From assembly GCF_028641065.1 (NCBI RefSeq), contig NC_073385.1, positions 54,002,001 to 54,066,000 of the forward strand: DNA of 64,000 nucleotides, written 5' to 3'. Position 1 is the first letter of the stretch, and each line of letters begins with the position of its first letter. This stretch comes from Leucoraja erinacea (Eukaryota). Below are positions 52,562-64,000 of the stretch, in pieces. The notes under the pieces were generated by a model. That model saw only the letters and a list, made by a program, of their open reading frames with translations. It had not been told where the DNA came from and ran no database searches. A program made the translations under genes and the position numbers.

Positions 52562-53578
52562 AGGAAGGAACTGTAGATACTGGTTAAAACCAAAGATAGA
52601 CACAAAGAGCTAGAGTATCTCAGTGAGTCATCTCTGGAGAAAAATAATAGGTGATGTTTCGGGTCGAGACCAGTCTTCAGAATGCGAACCCTTCAGACTT
52701 CCCCTGATGTAGACAAAAATGTTGGAGAAACTCAGCAAGTGAGGCAGCATCTATGGTAGCGAAGGAATAGGTGACGTTTCGGGTCAAGACCCTTCTTCAG
52801 ACTGGGTGGGATGGGGGGGAAGAAAGGAAGAGGCGGAGACAGTAGGCTGTGGGAGAGCTGAGGAGGGGAAATAGGGAGAAAGCAAGGACTACCTGATATT
52901 GGAGAAGACAATGTTCATACCAATGTTCGACCGCTGTGGTATAAACTACCCTAGCAAAATATTAGGTGATGCTCCTCCAATTTGCAGTGGGACCTCACTC
53001 TGGCCATGGACAAGGCCCAGAACAGAAAGGTCAGATACGGAATGGGAGGGGGAGTTGAAGTGCTGAGCCAGCAGGAGATCAGGTTGGTTAATGTGAACTG
53101 AGTGGAAGTGTTGGGCGAAGCGATCGCCAAGCCTGCGCTTGGTCTCACCGATGTAGAGCAGTTGACACCTAGAACAGCGGATCCAATAGATAAGGTTGGA
53201 GGAGGTGCAGGTGAACCTCTGCCTCACCTGGAAAGACTGCTTGGGTCCTTGGATGGAGTCGAGGGGGGAGGTAAAGCGACAAGTATAGCTTTTCCTGCGG
53301 TTGCAAGGGAAAGTACCAGGGGAGGGGGGGGTTTGAGTGGAAAGGGACAAATTGATCAAGAAGTTAGAGGGAGCGGGATATAGAGGAGACCCTGGTGAGA
53401 GCCTCATCTATAGTCGAAGAGGGGACCCCCGTTCCCAAAGAAAGAAAGAGGACATTCTTCTGATGATGGGGACATTCTTCCCCTGATTCTCAGTCGAAAG
53501 GGTCTCGACCCAAAATGTCACCTATTTATTTTCTCTAGAGAAGCTGCCTAACCCGCTGAGTTACTGCAGCTATTTATG
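52562..53578 (-). mobile_element. Penelope insertion: inverted pLTR, endonuclease fragment, tandem pLTRs
   Basis: GIY-YIG NLIYWIRCSRCQLLYIGETKRRLGDRF; 14 bp TSD TTTTACCCTTGTGT at 52548-52561 and 53579-53592. Confidence 0.88.
52769..52803 (-). ncRNA. Minimal type I hammerhead ribozyme motif (best-preserved copy)
   Basis: AGU-CUGAAGA-A-GGGU(CUUG)ACCC-GAAAC-GUC-ACCU: catalytic core boxes, stem II, palindromic ACGU in place of helix III, GUC triplet. Activity not shown. Confidence 0.7.
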
Positions 53579-54829
53579 TTTTACCCTTGTGTCTGGGGAG
53601 TGGCTTTTAGGAAGAAAACATTTGCTAATCAATTTAGAGTGGAATTATTTTGAAATTCATTAAAACAAAATCAGTATTATCTCAAAAATCTGCATGGAAA
53701 GGTTTGATTTGAATTATAGCTTTTGAATGTGGTAAAATGAATCCAGACTCACAGAGTAACACAATCCAGAAAACCATTTTGAAACAACAATTGCAACTGA
53801 GAAAAAGCTGCAAATAAACTCATTTTTTATAAAGACTACAAGCAATGTGCCATAAAATGTATGAAATTGCTGAAAACATGATGCAAAATGGTACAGATAT
53901 GAACTGTACTCTACCCACTCTGCTTTAGTATTAAATGCAACCTCTTTCTGATCAGCTCTATTCACAGTTCTCTCTCACATGTATGACAAACTTTGTGTGT
54001 GTGTGTGTGTGTCCGTCCATTACAATCTGAATGATGTATCTCTTTCTTCTCATTGTACAATCTGCATCCTGCATTATAGTGTGTGAAATCATAAACTGTC
54101 CAGTATATGTACGTTTGATATCCAACCATTAAGACAAATAAAGGGGCGTGCAGGTTTGGAGGTTAGTCGGTCTCTATATATTGCTTCTAGTGTGTAAGGT
54201 GCAAAAGTGGGATAATACAGAATTTGTGTATGCGTGATTGTTGGTTGGCGTGGACTCGGTGGGCCGAAGGGCCTGTTTCCACACTATCTATAAACTTAAC
54301 TAAACATGCTTTTGTGGGGGAAAAAGCTTGATTATCCATCCATATCACAAAGCTCATATGTTTGACGAAGGTTTAAGCCTTCCAAAGACATGAGGGACTA
54401 CAGATGCTGGAATTTGGAACAAAAAGCAAACTGTTGAAGGAACTCCTGCAGTTTTTTTTAATTTATTTTTTTTAATTTAAGCAGTATAGCGAATTTGTCT
54501 GATTTGAGTCAGTTTCTCCTATACCTCAGTAGCTGACATTTTCTCTTATAGCTATGTCACAAATGAAGATTGCCTTCTATATAACCTTTTTTTAGAAATA
54601 AAATTGGGAGCGGCTGTATCTCTTCAACCTATTGATTGCTGTGATTCAAAGTTGAAAATCCCACTGAGACAGTCAGGATATTGGTGGGAAGTGGCTGCTT
54701 GGCTATTAAAACTGGACAACTGTAGGTTGCTATTAGGAATTCATTTCCATACCATACAGCATGGAAATGGGACCTTCAGCCCAACCCATCCGTGCCCACC
54801 AAAAGGCGCCATCTAAGTTTAAAAAAATA

Positions 54830-55170
54830 TATATTTTATTTTATTAGATGTAAGTGCAATCATATGACACCAAAGTGCCTAATATATATTTTCATAATAC
54901 ATTTTATGTACAGCTTTATTTTGTTTGTTATATTAAAGAAAGATTAGAATAAGAAAAATAAGTTAGATTGTAAAGGATAGAAAGACGCGAGGTATATAAT
55001 GTGTGAAGAAAAAGAAAAAAGATGAATGAGTGAAGAAAGTTGAGAAAAAGAAAATAGGAAAAAGAGAATAAAATATTAAAAAAATAAATTTAAAAAAAAA
55101 GTAAGGAGATCATTGTTTATAATCTTGACCAACCCTCGTCCAGTCCTGAAACAGTTACTTTTTACAATTA
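54830..55170 (-). mobile_element. L1 3' UTR fragment, same family as 29089-30563
   Basis: Reverse complement matches about 30259-30545. Confidence 0.85.
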
Positions 55171-55175
55171 CAATG

Positions 55176-55880
55176 GAAGTGCTGAGCCACCGGGAGATCA
55201 GGTTGGTTATTGCGAACTGAGCGGAGGTGTTGGGCGAAGCGATCGCCAAGCCTACGATTGGTCTCACCGATGTAGAGCAGTTGACGCCTAGAACAGCGGA
55301 TGTAATAGATGAGATTGGAGGAGATGCAGGTGAACCTCTGCCCGCACCTGGAAAGACTGCTTGGGTCCTTGGATGGAGTCAAGGGGGGAGGTAAAGCGAC
55401 AAGTGTAGCATTTCCTGTGGTTGCAAGGGAAAGTACCAGGAGAGGGGGTGGTTTGGGTGGGAAGTGACAAATTGACCAGGGAGTTACAGAGGGAGCGGTC
55501 TCTGTGGAAAGCCGAAAGTGGAGGAGATGGGAAGATGTGGCCAGTGCTGGGATCCCATTGGAGGTGGCGAAAATGTTGGGGGATTATTTGTTGTATGTGA
55601 AGGCTGGTAGGGTGGAAGGTGAGGACAAGGGGGACTCTGCCCTTGTTACGAGTGGGAGGATGGGGAGTGAGAGCAATTATGGGGTATAGAAGAGACCCTG
55701 GTGAAAGCCTCATCTATAATAGAAGAGGGGAACTCCTGATCCCTAAAGAATGAGGACATTTCTGATGCCCTGGATGTTAGGAACACCTCATCCTGGGTGC
55801 AGATGCTGCATAGATGGATGAATTGGGAGTAGGGGATAGAGTCCTTGCAGGAAGCAGGGTGGGAAGAAGTGTAGTCCATG
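55176..55880 (-). mobile_element. Penelope RT-thumb/endonuclease fragment
   Basis: DYTSSHPASCKDSIPYSQF..RVPLVLTFHP..YIGETNRRLGDRF with frameshifts; closely related to 4290-4990. Confidence 0.9.
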
Positions 55881-56069
55881 GTATAACAATCTCTGGTGGG
55901 AAAGAAAAATATGGATTGATGAGAAAAAGTACATTAATTATTTATCATTTATTCAATTTTGTGAACTTTCTCTTAACACCAATGACACTCTTACTTGGGA
56001 TTTTAATTTATTTCATTGAGCTTGTTTGTAAAGAAATCTAAAATATCTTGGAGAGGCTGGTTAATAGAA

Positions 56070-56355
56070 AAAGACAGTGCTCTAGTAACTCAGCTGGTCG
56101 GAGAGCAGCTGTAGAGAATGTGGATAGGTGACGCTTTTGGTTACGACCATTCTTCAGACTGTTTGTGGTGTGGGGGGGGGGGGGGGGAGGGGGGGGGAAA
56201 CAGCTGAAAGAGATGTGCACCCATTTCTTCCCCCCCCCCCCTCTCTCATCCTACTTTCCACTGCCCCCCCCCCCCCCCCCCCCCCCCACCTGCATAATCT
56301 GAAGAAGGGTCGTAATTTGAAATGTCACCTCTCCATGTTCTCCAGAAATGCTGCG
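56070..56355. mobile_element. Inverted pLTR pair around G-run/C-run spacer
   Basis: GGTGACGCTTTTGGTTACGACCATTCTTCAGAC (minus copy) and TCTGAAGAAGGGTCGTAATTTGAAATGTCACC (plus copy). Confidence 0.7.
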
Positions 56356-56440
56356 TAAACTTTGTCTTGCTTCTATTAAGTTTTGCTGTGGTGAGGACAA
56401 GATTTACTATTTTATGTTATGTGGAAATTTATATAGAGTA

Positions 56441-57422
56441 CCAGACTAAGTGGGACCCGTTGGGTCCCATGTTCAAATGGGAGGGCTGGTCCCCCAACAC
56501 AAAATTTCACTTCTCCACCAATTCCAATATTGGTGGCCAGTAGGGGGGGAGGGGGGGGGAGCTTTCTGGAGCACCAGTATGGGTGTTCTGGGCTGAAGGG
56601 ACTGGCCAGAGGGCTAGCATGGACATTGTGGGCCAAATGGATTGTTGGGGTGGAAGCTCAGTCACTCAAGCCTGATGTGCTGGCAGCTCGCTCACGGCTG
56701 GTGAGTTGGCAGTTGACTCACGGCTATTCCTTGAAATTCCATTTCAAGCTGGGTGCAAGGCCACCAAATTCAGATGCAGTTTCCTACCACTTCAAGCAGG
56801 GTGAAACCACCATAAAACCACACAAAACACTCATAGTTCACTAGACATTCAATGTGTTCAGTTGATTCACAGCTCAGACAGTCATGACCTCTCCATCCCC
56901 CATCTTGCAGAGACTGAGCCACACCCACACTTCCAGGTTTTATAATCCCTCCCCCCCTCGTGGCCTTCGTGGCGTGATTGACATGAGAGAGATTCTCAAC
57001 ATTTTTAACAACACCAATAAAACAAAGCATTTTATCTAGAAGAAAGGAAAAAGGAAGAGGAGCCCGAGGGCTGAGGGATGGGAAACAGCCCAAGGGCTGA
57101 GGAAGGGGAGGAACCTCCACTCGGTCCACAATAACCAACCTGACCTCAGCACTTCAACTCGCCCTCCCATTCCCCATCCGACCTCCCTGTCCTGGGTCTC
57201 CTCCATGGCCGAGCAAGCAACACCAGAAATTGGAGGAACAGCACCTCATATTCCGCTTGGGGAGTTTGCATCCTGCGGGCATGAACATTGAATTCTCCCA
57301 ATTTTGTTAGCCCTTGCTGTCTCCTCCCATCCCATGGCCAAAAATCAAGTGGCAGCGTTTTTTCTAAAATCAATATACAGAACAACAGGAAGTGGTCAAT
57401 ATGAAACTTTTAGTAATATAGA
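56441..57422 (-). mobile_element. Complete non-autonomous Helitron containing a Penelope 3' fragment (about 57040-57333)
   Basis: Minus strand A|TCTATATTACTAAAAG...GGGACCC-AAC-GGGTCCC-ACTTAGT-CTGG|T; canonical TC/CTRR ends, AT target. Confidence 0.85.
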
Positions 57423-58694
57423 TGAGGTGCTGCCATTGTTTGTCATGGACTTCTTGCAGAGTTTAGATGTGTCAATAAATGTTGGCTTTTCATAATATAT
57501 GATAACATTTTTGACTTAAGTTATAAAGATCCTATCAGTAAACTTAGATTGCTGAACATGTCTTGATAACGTAGTTAATATTTCATTTCTATGGTAATTC
57601 CCAGAGTCACTAGCTTGGTGATGCATTCTGATATTAAAACACTGAGTTGAAGGAATTGATTTATAAAACTGGTGCATTGAGTTCTGTATCATGAGTAACA
57701 TTTTTGTGTTTTCTATTGGCTGGAATAGATTTACTGTAGTTCCATGTTCCATTAATTTGAAAGAAATTTACTTTTTTTCACTATTCTTTTATTTTTCTCT
57801 CTCTGCTTCTGGGCCAAAGATTCATGCAGGGGTATAATCCCGCCTGATGCCAGCAGCAACATTGTGGCCTTTGGATGAAAAGCTCAGAGGTAGCTGTTAA
57901 TGAGCTGTGCAGCCAGTACGACACAGATCGTTAACTCCTTACCAAAGCTCCACAATTTTGAGCAATAGTCATTAACCAGAAGTAGACTCTCTGAGTGATT
58001 CCCCTCAACCCACTCCCTATTTCATGGTATCAAAACCATTTCCACACTTTGGTTCTGGCTGACTCCGACACCACCGATTGTAGCTGATATACCTGGCACA
58101 CCATCAAATGATAAAAAACAAATTTCATCTGTGCTATAATGAAATAAAGAAACTAAGATTTTAATGTGTTGCTTTTTGTAATTAAATTACATTTTGTTCC
58201 AGAAAATGGATTCCAAAAAGCTTAATTTTCCAGTCAAATCAGTAGTGCGATGTTAGCATTTATTTCAAGAGGATTTTAATATAAAAATGGCTGAGGCTTT
58301 ATAAGGCACTTGTCAGATCATATATGTGAGGAGTTTTGGGCCACATGAGGAATGATGTGCTGGCATTGGAGAGGGTTCAGAGGAGGTTTACGAGAATGAT
58401 CCCGGGGATGATTGGGTGAACGTATGATGAACGTTTAATGACACTAGACTTTTACTTGATGCAGTTTAGAAGGATGAGGGAGGATATCATTGAAACTTAC
58501 TGAATAGTGAAAGGCCTGGATAAAGTGGATGTGGAAAGATTTTTATTTTTTCTCCAACATTTGATAGTTACTATTTAAAACATACTGATTGCCTATTCTT
58601 CCTATGAAAGTACATCTTCTCATAGATTCCTACAAGATGTTCAGTCTCATCCTTATTGTTCATTTATTTCAGCAATCAATATCCCTCTGCATTC

Positions 58695-59500
58695 ATGGCA
58701 GATGCAGTGTAATGTGGATAAATGTGAGGTTATCCACTTTGGTGGCAAGAACAGGAAAGTAGACTATTATCTGAATGGTGGCCGATTAGGAAAGGGGGAG
58801 ATGCAACGAGACCTGCATGTCATGGTACACCAGTCATTGAAAGTAGGCATGTAGGTGCAGCAGGCAGTGAAGAAAGCGAATGGTATGTTAGCATTTATAG
58901 CAAAAGGATTTGAGTATAGGAGCAGGGAGGTTCTACTGCAGTTGTACAGGGTCTTGGTGAGACCACACCTGGAGTATTGCCTACAGTTTTGGTCTCCTAA
59001 TCTGATAAAAGACATTCTTGCGATAGAGAGAGTACAGAGAAGGTTCGCCAGACTGATTCCTGGGCTGGCAGGATTTTCATATGAAGAAAGACTGGATAGA
59101 CTCGGCTTGTACGCGCTAGAATTTAAAAGACAGAGGGGGGATCTTATAGAAACTTACAAAATTCTTAAGGGGTTGGACAGGCTAGACGCAGGAAGATTGT
59201 TCCCAATGTTGGGGAAGTCCAGAACAAGGGGTCACAGTTTAAGGATAAGGGGGATGTATTTTAGGGCTGAGATGAGAAAAAAAAAATTCACAGAGAGAGT
59301 GGTGAGTCTGTGGAATTCTCTGCCACAGAAAGTAGTTGAGGCCAGTTCATTGGCTATGTTTAAGAGGGAGTTAGACGTGGCTCTTGAGGCTAAAGGGATC
59401 AGGGGGTATGGAGAGAAGGCAGGTACAGGATACTGAGTTGGATGATCAGCAATGATCATATTGAATGGCGGTGCAGGCTCCTGCACCTATTTTCTATGTT
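58695..59500 (+). mobile_element. CR1 LINE 3' part, fairly young, ORF2 C-terminus open over 58855-59436
   Basis: KCEVIHFG..AVKKANGML..LYRVLVRPHLEYC..ERVQRRF..RTRGHSL..LWNSLP. Related pieces at 58250-58540 and 60070-60310. Confidence 0.9.
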
Positions 59501-61899
59501 TCTACTTTGAATCCTCTCCAGTTTACCTAGTTATGTATTATCAATTAACCTGAATACTGTACTTTGTCTTCATCTTTTTTTTGTCCCCATTATCAATCTT
59601 TTTAATTCCTTGAGCCTTACTTCATGTAACAATCTATTCGGCGAAACCTGATCCAAGTTTATTACATCCATTAGTTCTCTCTTATCTCTGCTAGTTGTAT
59701 CCTCAAAGCTTTTAGATTTGTTAAACACTATTTCCCTTTCCTAAATAGAATCTATGGTTAAAAATGACAGTTTATGCGTCATGGCATTTAACGTTATTTC
59801 ATCTCTCCCCCACCCCAAATTGTTTCTTATTCTATTTGTATATGCCCACTGGCCTGATCATTAATAATTAGTACTTTATACATACTAAGGGGCATAATGT
59901 GCTCAATCTGTACTCATTAACCCACGGCACGCTCTTTCAGAGATATTCCCTCAGTTCTAACAATCCATCACACATCTCCCTACAACCAAGTTGGAGCATC
60001 CCTCTATCACTCAATGCCACAATCTGCTCTGCAGCACACCCCAGAGCCATACCATTCACCGTGTATGTCGCAGAGAGTGGTGAATCTCTGGAACTCTCTG
60101 CCACAGAGGGTAGTTGAGGCCAGTTCATTGGCAATATTTAAGAGGGAGTTAGATGTGGCCCTTGTGGCTAAAGGGATCAGGGGGTATGGAGAGAAGGCAG
60201 GTTCGGGATACTGAGTTGGATGATCATATTGAATGGCGAATGGTGCAGGCTCGAGGGGCCGAATGGCCTCTACTCCTACACCTATTGTCTATGTTTCTAT
60301 GTTTCTATGTCCTCTCCCTTAGTCCTCCTAAAATACAACACCTAATATGTAGCAATATTAAATTCCATCAACCATTGTGCCCAACCATTGTTCCATCAAC
60401 CTGCCCAACCGATCGAGATCCTGCTGCAATTTGTGCCAACTATCTTTACTATCTACAATACCACCCACTTTAATGTTATCTGCAAACTCATGTCACAACA
60501 GTTAGTATTTAATTGACTTCCATTATATGCTATATATAATCCATATTCACATGCTGCTCTTCTACAAGTAGTCTTACATATCCCAAATTTTTAGTAAAGA
60601 GCATTGTTCTTGTCAAAGATTATTAATGGCAGATTTCCATCGGCCTGTTCTTATCGAGTCCACACACAAGATTAGGTTGTTCAGCCAAACCTGAACACAC
60701 TTCTCGGCATCTGCATACAATGGTGTCTGCCTTGTCACTTCTTGTGTTTGGTGGTGGAAACAGGGCCGCGACTTGAACAACCTTTCCTTGACCCCATCGC
60801 CCTGTTGAACTATTAATTTATTTAACTTGTGATATATATGTTTTTCCTCTAGCAGTTGTCCAGACCTGGCATGTGTGGAAAGATTTGGCATCCCATCCTG
60901 GATGAACCAGCCTGCTCATGAAGATAAGGTTCTGAAGCTTCCTGGACTGGGCACAATAATCCAGCCAAGAGGCACATCAATTTGCCTTTAATTTAGACCA
61001 AGCCTCAATTTTGACGATTTGTATGATAATCAGCATCGACAATACTTTAAAGGTTAAGGGGGAAGTGCATGCAATTGATGTTGGTTTGTGACCTGAAATG
61101 CATGTTATTGGACTCCCTTAATGCAGTAGCTGGGTCGGACCGAAACTTTAAAGGGTAACTCGCTCCCGATGAGTTTGAGTAAATAGTGGACGTTGGTTGT
61201 AAAGGCACGGGAGTTGATGTTCTTCGGGCATCTACCTTCCAGTGGCGATGCTGCCTGACCCATCGAGTTACTCCAGCACTTTGTGTCTTGTTTTTGTGTA
61301 AATCAGCACTTGCAGTATCCTGTTTCTACTTCAGTGATTTATTGTCGGACCAAAGTTTGGAGGTGGGAAGAGCAATCAGTGATCTGAATGTAATTGTATA
61401 CCAAAGCAATTGAAGCAACCCATTTTTTTTCTAATCGTCCGCCGCCATGTATATTGGTTCTTCGTTATAATTGTCTGCATGGTTTTGCGATGTACACCAG
61501 AAGACGTGGATCGTTCTCTTCCATCCATTTCACTCGCGGAAGAGGGAATTCCCCTGGTATGTAGGCGCTGAAATTTCCGCTGTCTCTGGTGCTGAAATTG
61601 CAGCCGGCCTCCTACAAGTCGGAAGTGCAAAAGCACACGCATTGAAAGGACACGCCAAATCGTGTTGTAAGTTTGCCTGCTGCTGTAGGAAAATAATTAG
61701 CACCCCCAAGCACGGTGTTGAATGTGATTTTTAAAGAATGTGGTTGCCAAGGGGAAGCAGAGTCGCCGCAACGCAAAGCTATGACAGGAAAAATTACTTT
61801 GGCGCAATTTGTAACACATTTTTCGGGGAAAGGAATCTGTAGCTACCGTTAAATAAACGTGCGGTGCTGATTGTAGGAGTCGGCAGCGTCAGTGGGCGC

Positions 61900-62152
61900 T
61901 ACTGCAGTCGCAGCTGTGGGAGCTTGGATGGAGGGCTGAGAGAGTGAATGAGCGGAGCCGGTGCATCTAGCCGATACATCCTCCCACTCTTGGCACTGAC
62001 TCACCTGCGACCTGTATCTGGTCTCCTGGAGAACACACACAGACACCAAATAAACAACCCCTCTCGTCCCACCCACACTGCTCGGCACTGTCTAATTCTC
62101 CTGTCGTCGGCGCTGTGGAAGAGGAAGGGAAAGTCGTATCTCGGTTGCTAAG
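61900..62152 (+). other. Putative non-coding first exon (start uncertain)
   Basis: Donor CTAAG|GTACGA at 62152/62153 upstream of the ATG-containing exon, which has its own acceptor and therefore needs an upstream exon. Confidence 0.45.
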
Positions 62153-62606
62153 GTACGAAATAGGCCAGATGATGCGGAGAAAAAGTGTGTGTGTTTATAT
62201 ATGCAGCTAATTTGTTACTTCCTCTAGCATCACGACATCATTTATATAGAGTTGTTATTTGTGGATAATGATTCGCCGTCTTATTTTTGGTCTGGGAGAC
62301 AATTTCTTGTCACCACAACCCACCCTGTTTCAGGCGAGGAGTTAAAAATAGTTTGTAGCCAGTGCACCGGGGTTGGAGTTCGGATGCAGATCGGTCGGAG
62401 GGATTTATGTACAAAGCAAGAGGCAAGAATACTCGTCGGCAGTCCGAGTGGCGAAGCTGTTTCATGGCTCAGTTTGCCATCCGAGCTGAGGTGAAGCGTG
62501 CGCTTGTAAATTCAATGGATCGGCCGTGTGTGTGTTTGACCCGTGTGGACTGAGTGTCACCCATTCCCTTTGTTCTTCTTTGTAGAGTTCAACTAACAGT
62601 CCCGAG

Positions 62607-62690
62607 ATGGCTCAAGGCTCCTCCGAGCAAATTGTGTCTGGGGGCGGCGAGTCGGAGGAGACTTCCCCCAATATGCTCGTGTACCGAAAG
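62607..62690 (+). CDS. RGS6: Regulator of G-protein signalling, R7 family, first coding exon (exon 62586-62690); gene continues beyond the window
   Basis: MAQGSSEQIVSGGGESEETSPNMLVYRK; acceptor TTTGTTCTTCTTTGTAG, start context GAGATGG, donor AAG|GTAGGC. The 28 codons and MAQGS..EExSPNM match RGS6 as I recall it; LVYRK is RGS7-like. Missed by the ORF track. Confidence 0.85.
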
Positions 62691-63399
62691 GTAGGCACGC
62701 GGATTTAATTCCCTACAGGAATTTATTTTCCTTTTTATTGTTGGGATTTGTGTTTTGTATCGAAAAGTTGGTTGCTGTGAAATTCGGTCAGTGGAATTTT
62801 GGCGATATTCAGTGTCCTTGCCTTGCTGGGGTATCAGATCAACTTTTGGTCTGCAAGGCTTATTCCACAAATATCAATGCAGCTGTGTGATTTGGTATCC
62901 CGTACTGTTATTTTAAAAGTGTATTTTAAAAGATGACATGGATTCACAGTCAGTTGAACTGGAAGTTCTCCCGGTGTTATAGTCCACCGGATCCCATCGA
63001 AAAACAACACATCGCTCCTTCTCTAACCGTGTGTGGGCTGGAGGGGGAGCAGGGGGCAGGCACCGTCCGGGTCAAGTGTTTATCCACTCGAAGACAGTAC
63101 TACGCGTTGGCGGGCCGTTGTGCAAATGTAGCTATCGCTGTGGACAGGGCTAACCAAACAAATTAGAGTGTTCTCACCGGGGGAAGACCGTTATTTACCT
63201 GGTGGAATTGTAAATGCAATTAACCCGCTGTATCGGAGTTTACGAGGTGCACGATTTTTTTTTCCAGCAACATACCCTGGGCTGTAGGAAAAGCTTCAGA
63301 ACCATTAACACAAAAAGTCACCTGTGTTAGTTTGATGCTTTTCTGTAAAGTATTTTGTCAGTAAAATGTTTATTTTTCCGACTTATTGCCAATGTGAGT

Positions 63400-63427
63400 G
63401 GGGGGGGGGGGGGGGGGGGGGGGGGGG
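63400..63427 (+). repeat. Poly-G tract, 28 nt
   Basis: Seen directly; intronic. Confidence 0.9.
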
Positions 63428-63612
63428 ATCTGTTGCTTGTTTAACGTGGATCACGTTTGCAATGATCTCGCTGGTTGGCATCTGAGAGAGGTTAATACAT
63501 TGGAGAGCCTTTTGACATCTCCAGCTGATGTTTGATCACATTGCTGAACATACGTTGGGGCATTGGCCCATGAAGCTGTGAACTGGTGGACGAGAAAATT
63601 ATTTGGAGGACG

Positions 63613-63788
63613 TGTGTAGGGAAGGAACTCCAGATGCTGGTTTAAACCGCAGATAGACATAAAATGCTGGAGTAACATAGTGGGACAAGCAGCATCTCTG
63701 GAGAGAAGGAATGGGTGACGCCACCCATTCCTTCTCTCCAGAGATGCTCCCTGTCCCGCTGAGTTATTCCAGCATTTAGTGTCAATCG
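63613..63788. mobile_element. Fold-back pLTR element centred on the hammerhead cleavage-site palindrome
   Basis: ..GCATCTCTGGAGAGAAGGAATGGGTGAC|GCCACCCATTCCTTCTCTCCAGAGATGC.. arms of about 65 bp. Confidence 0.8.
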
Positions 63789-64000
63789 TTGGATGGACTC
63801 TCGGCTTTAGCTAGAACTGTATTTATCTCGTGAGTTATTGCATCTGCAAAAGTGACTTTTTAAAAAATAATTTTACATTCTTAATGCAGTTTGACAATCT
63901 CACTGCAGTAGTTGGAAGAGAGCAGCTCCATGGTTAAAGATGGGTGTTCACTTTATATATGGTGGCACGTTTAACCCCGTGTATCTTACCTGATTCGATT

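Larger units (their letters stand above)
61400..63250. promoter_or_regulatory. CpG-rich promoter region of the RGS gene
   Basis: Clear rise in CpG and GC content, no recognisable repeats, spans the first exons. Confidence 0.7.

Noticed and set aside
60613-60891. 92 aa minus-strand ORF as a divergent gene
   Set aside because: No recognisable homology or clear splice structure.
61135-61180. Possible extra hammerhead near the promoter (CGAAAC...CGATGAG)
   Set aside because: The core reads CCGATGA instead of CUGANGA and the helices do not pair convincingly.
63400-63427. Functional G-quadruplex
   Set aside because: Pure homopolymer of unreliable length; similar G/C runs occur elsewhere in repeats.

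Overview
Eukaryotic vertebrate DNA, most likely a cartilaginous fish (skate/ray/shark; inferred from the HE1-type V-SINE/CR1/Penelope repeat landscape). About 61 kb is transposon-dense intergenic sequence, followed by a CpG-rich promoter and the first coding exon of an R7-family RGS gene (MAQGSSEQIVSGGGESEETSPNMLVYRK, best match RGS6; 62607-62690, +). Mobile DNA includes Penelope-like elements (RT + GIY-YIG), many short Penelope pseudo-LTR (pLTR) copies, HE1-type SINEs, CR1, L1, L2, Rex1/Babar and Hero LINE fragments, a non-autonomous Helitron family carrying satellites, and two MITEs. Most notable: (1) the pLTR family carries a minimal hammerhead-ribozyme motif and occurs as ORF-less, fold-back, TSD-flanked units (retrozyme-like); (2) a ~180 bp piece of HSP90B1/GRP94 coding sequence is inserted antisense into a LINE; (3) a Penelope copy splits an unidentified coding-like sequence; (4) a MITE has P-element-type termini and a perfect 8 bp TSD. 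Family names come from recognising motifs by eye, not from database searches; boundaries of degenerate repeats are approximate.
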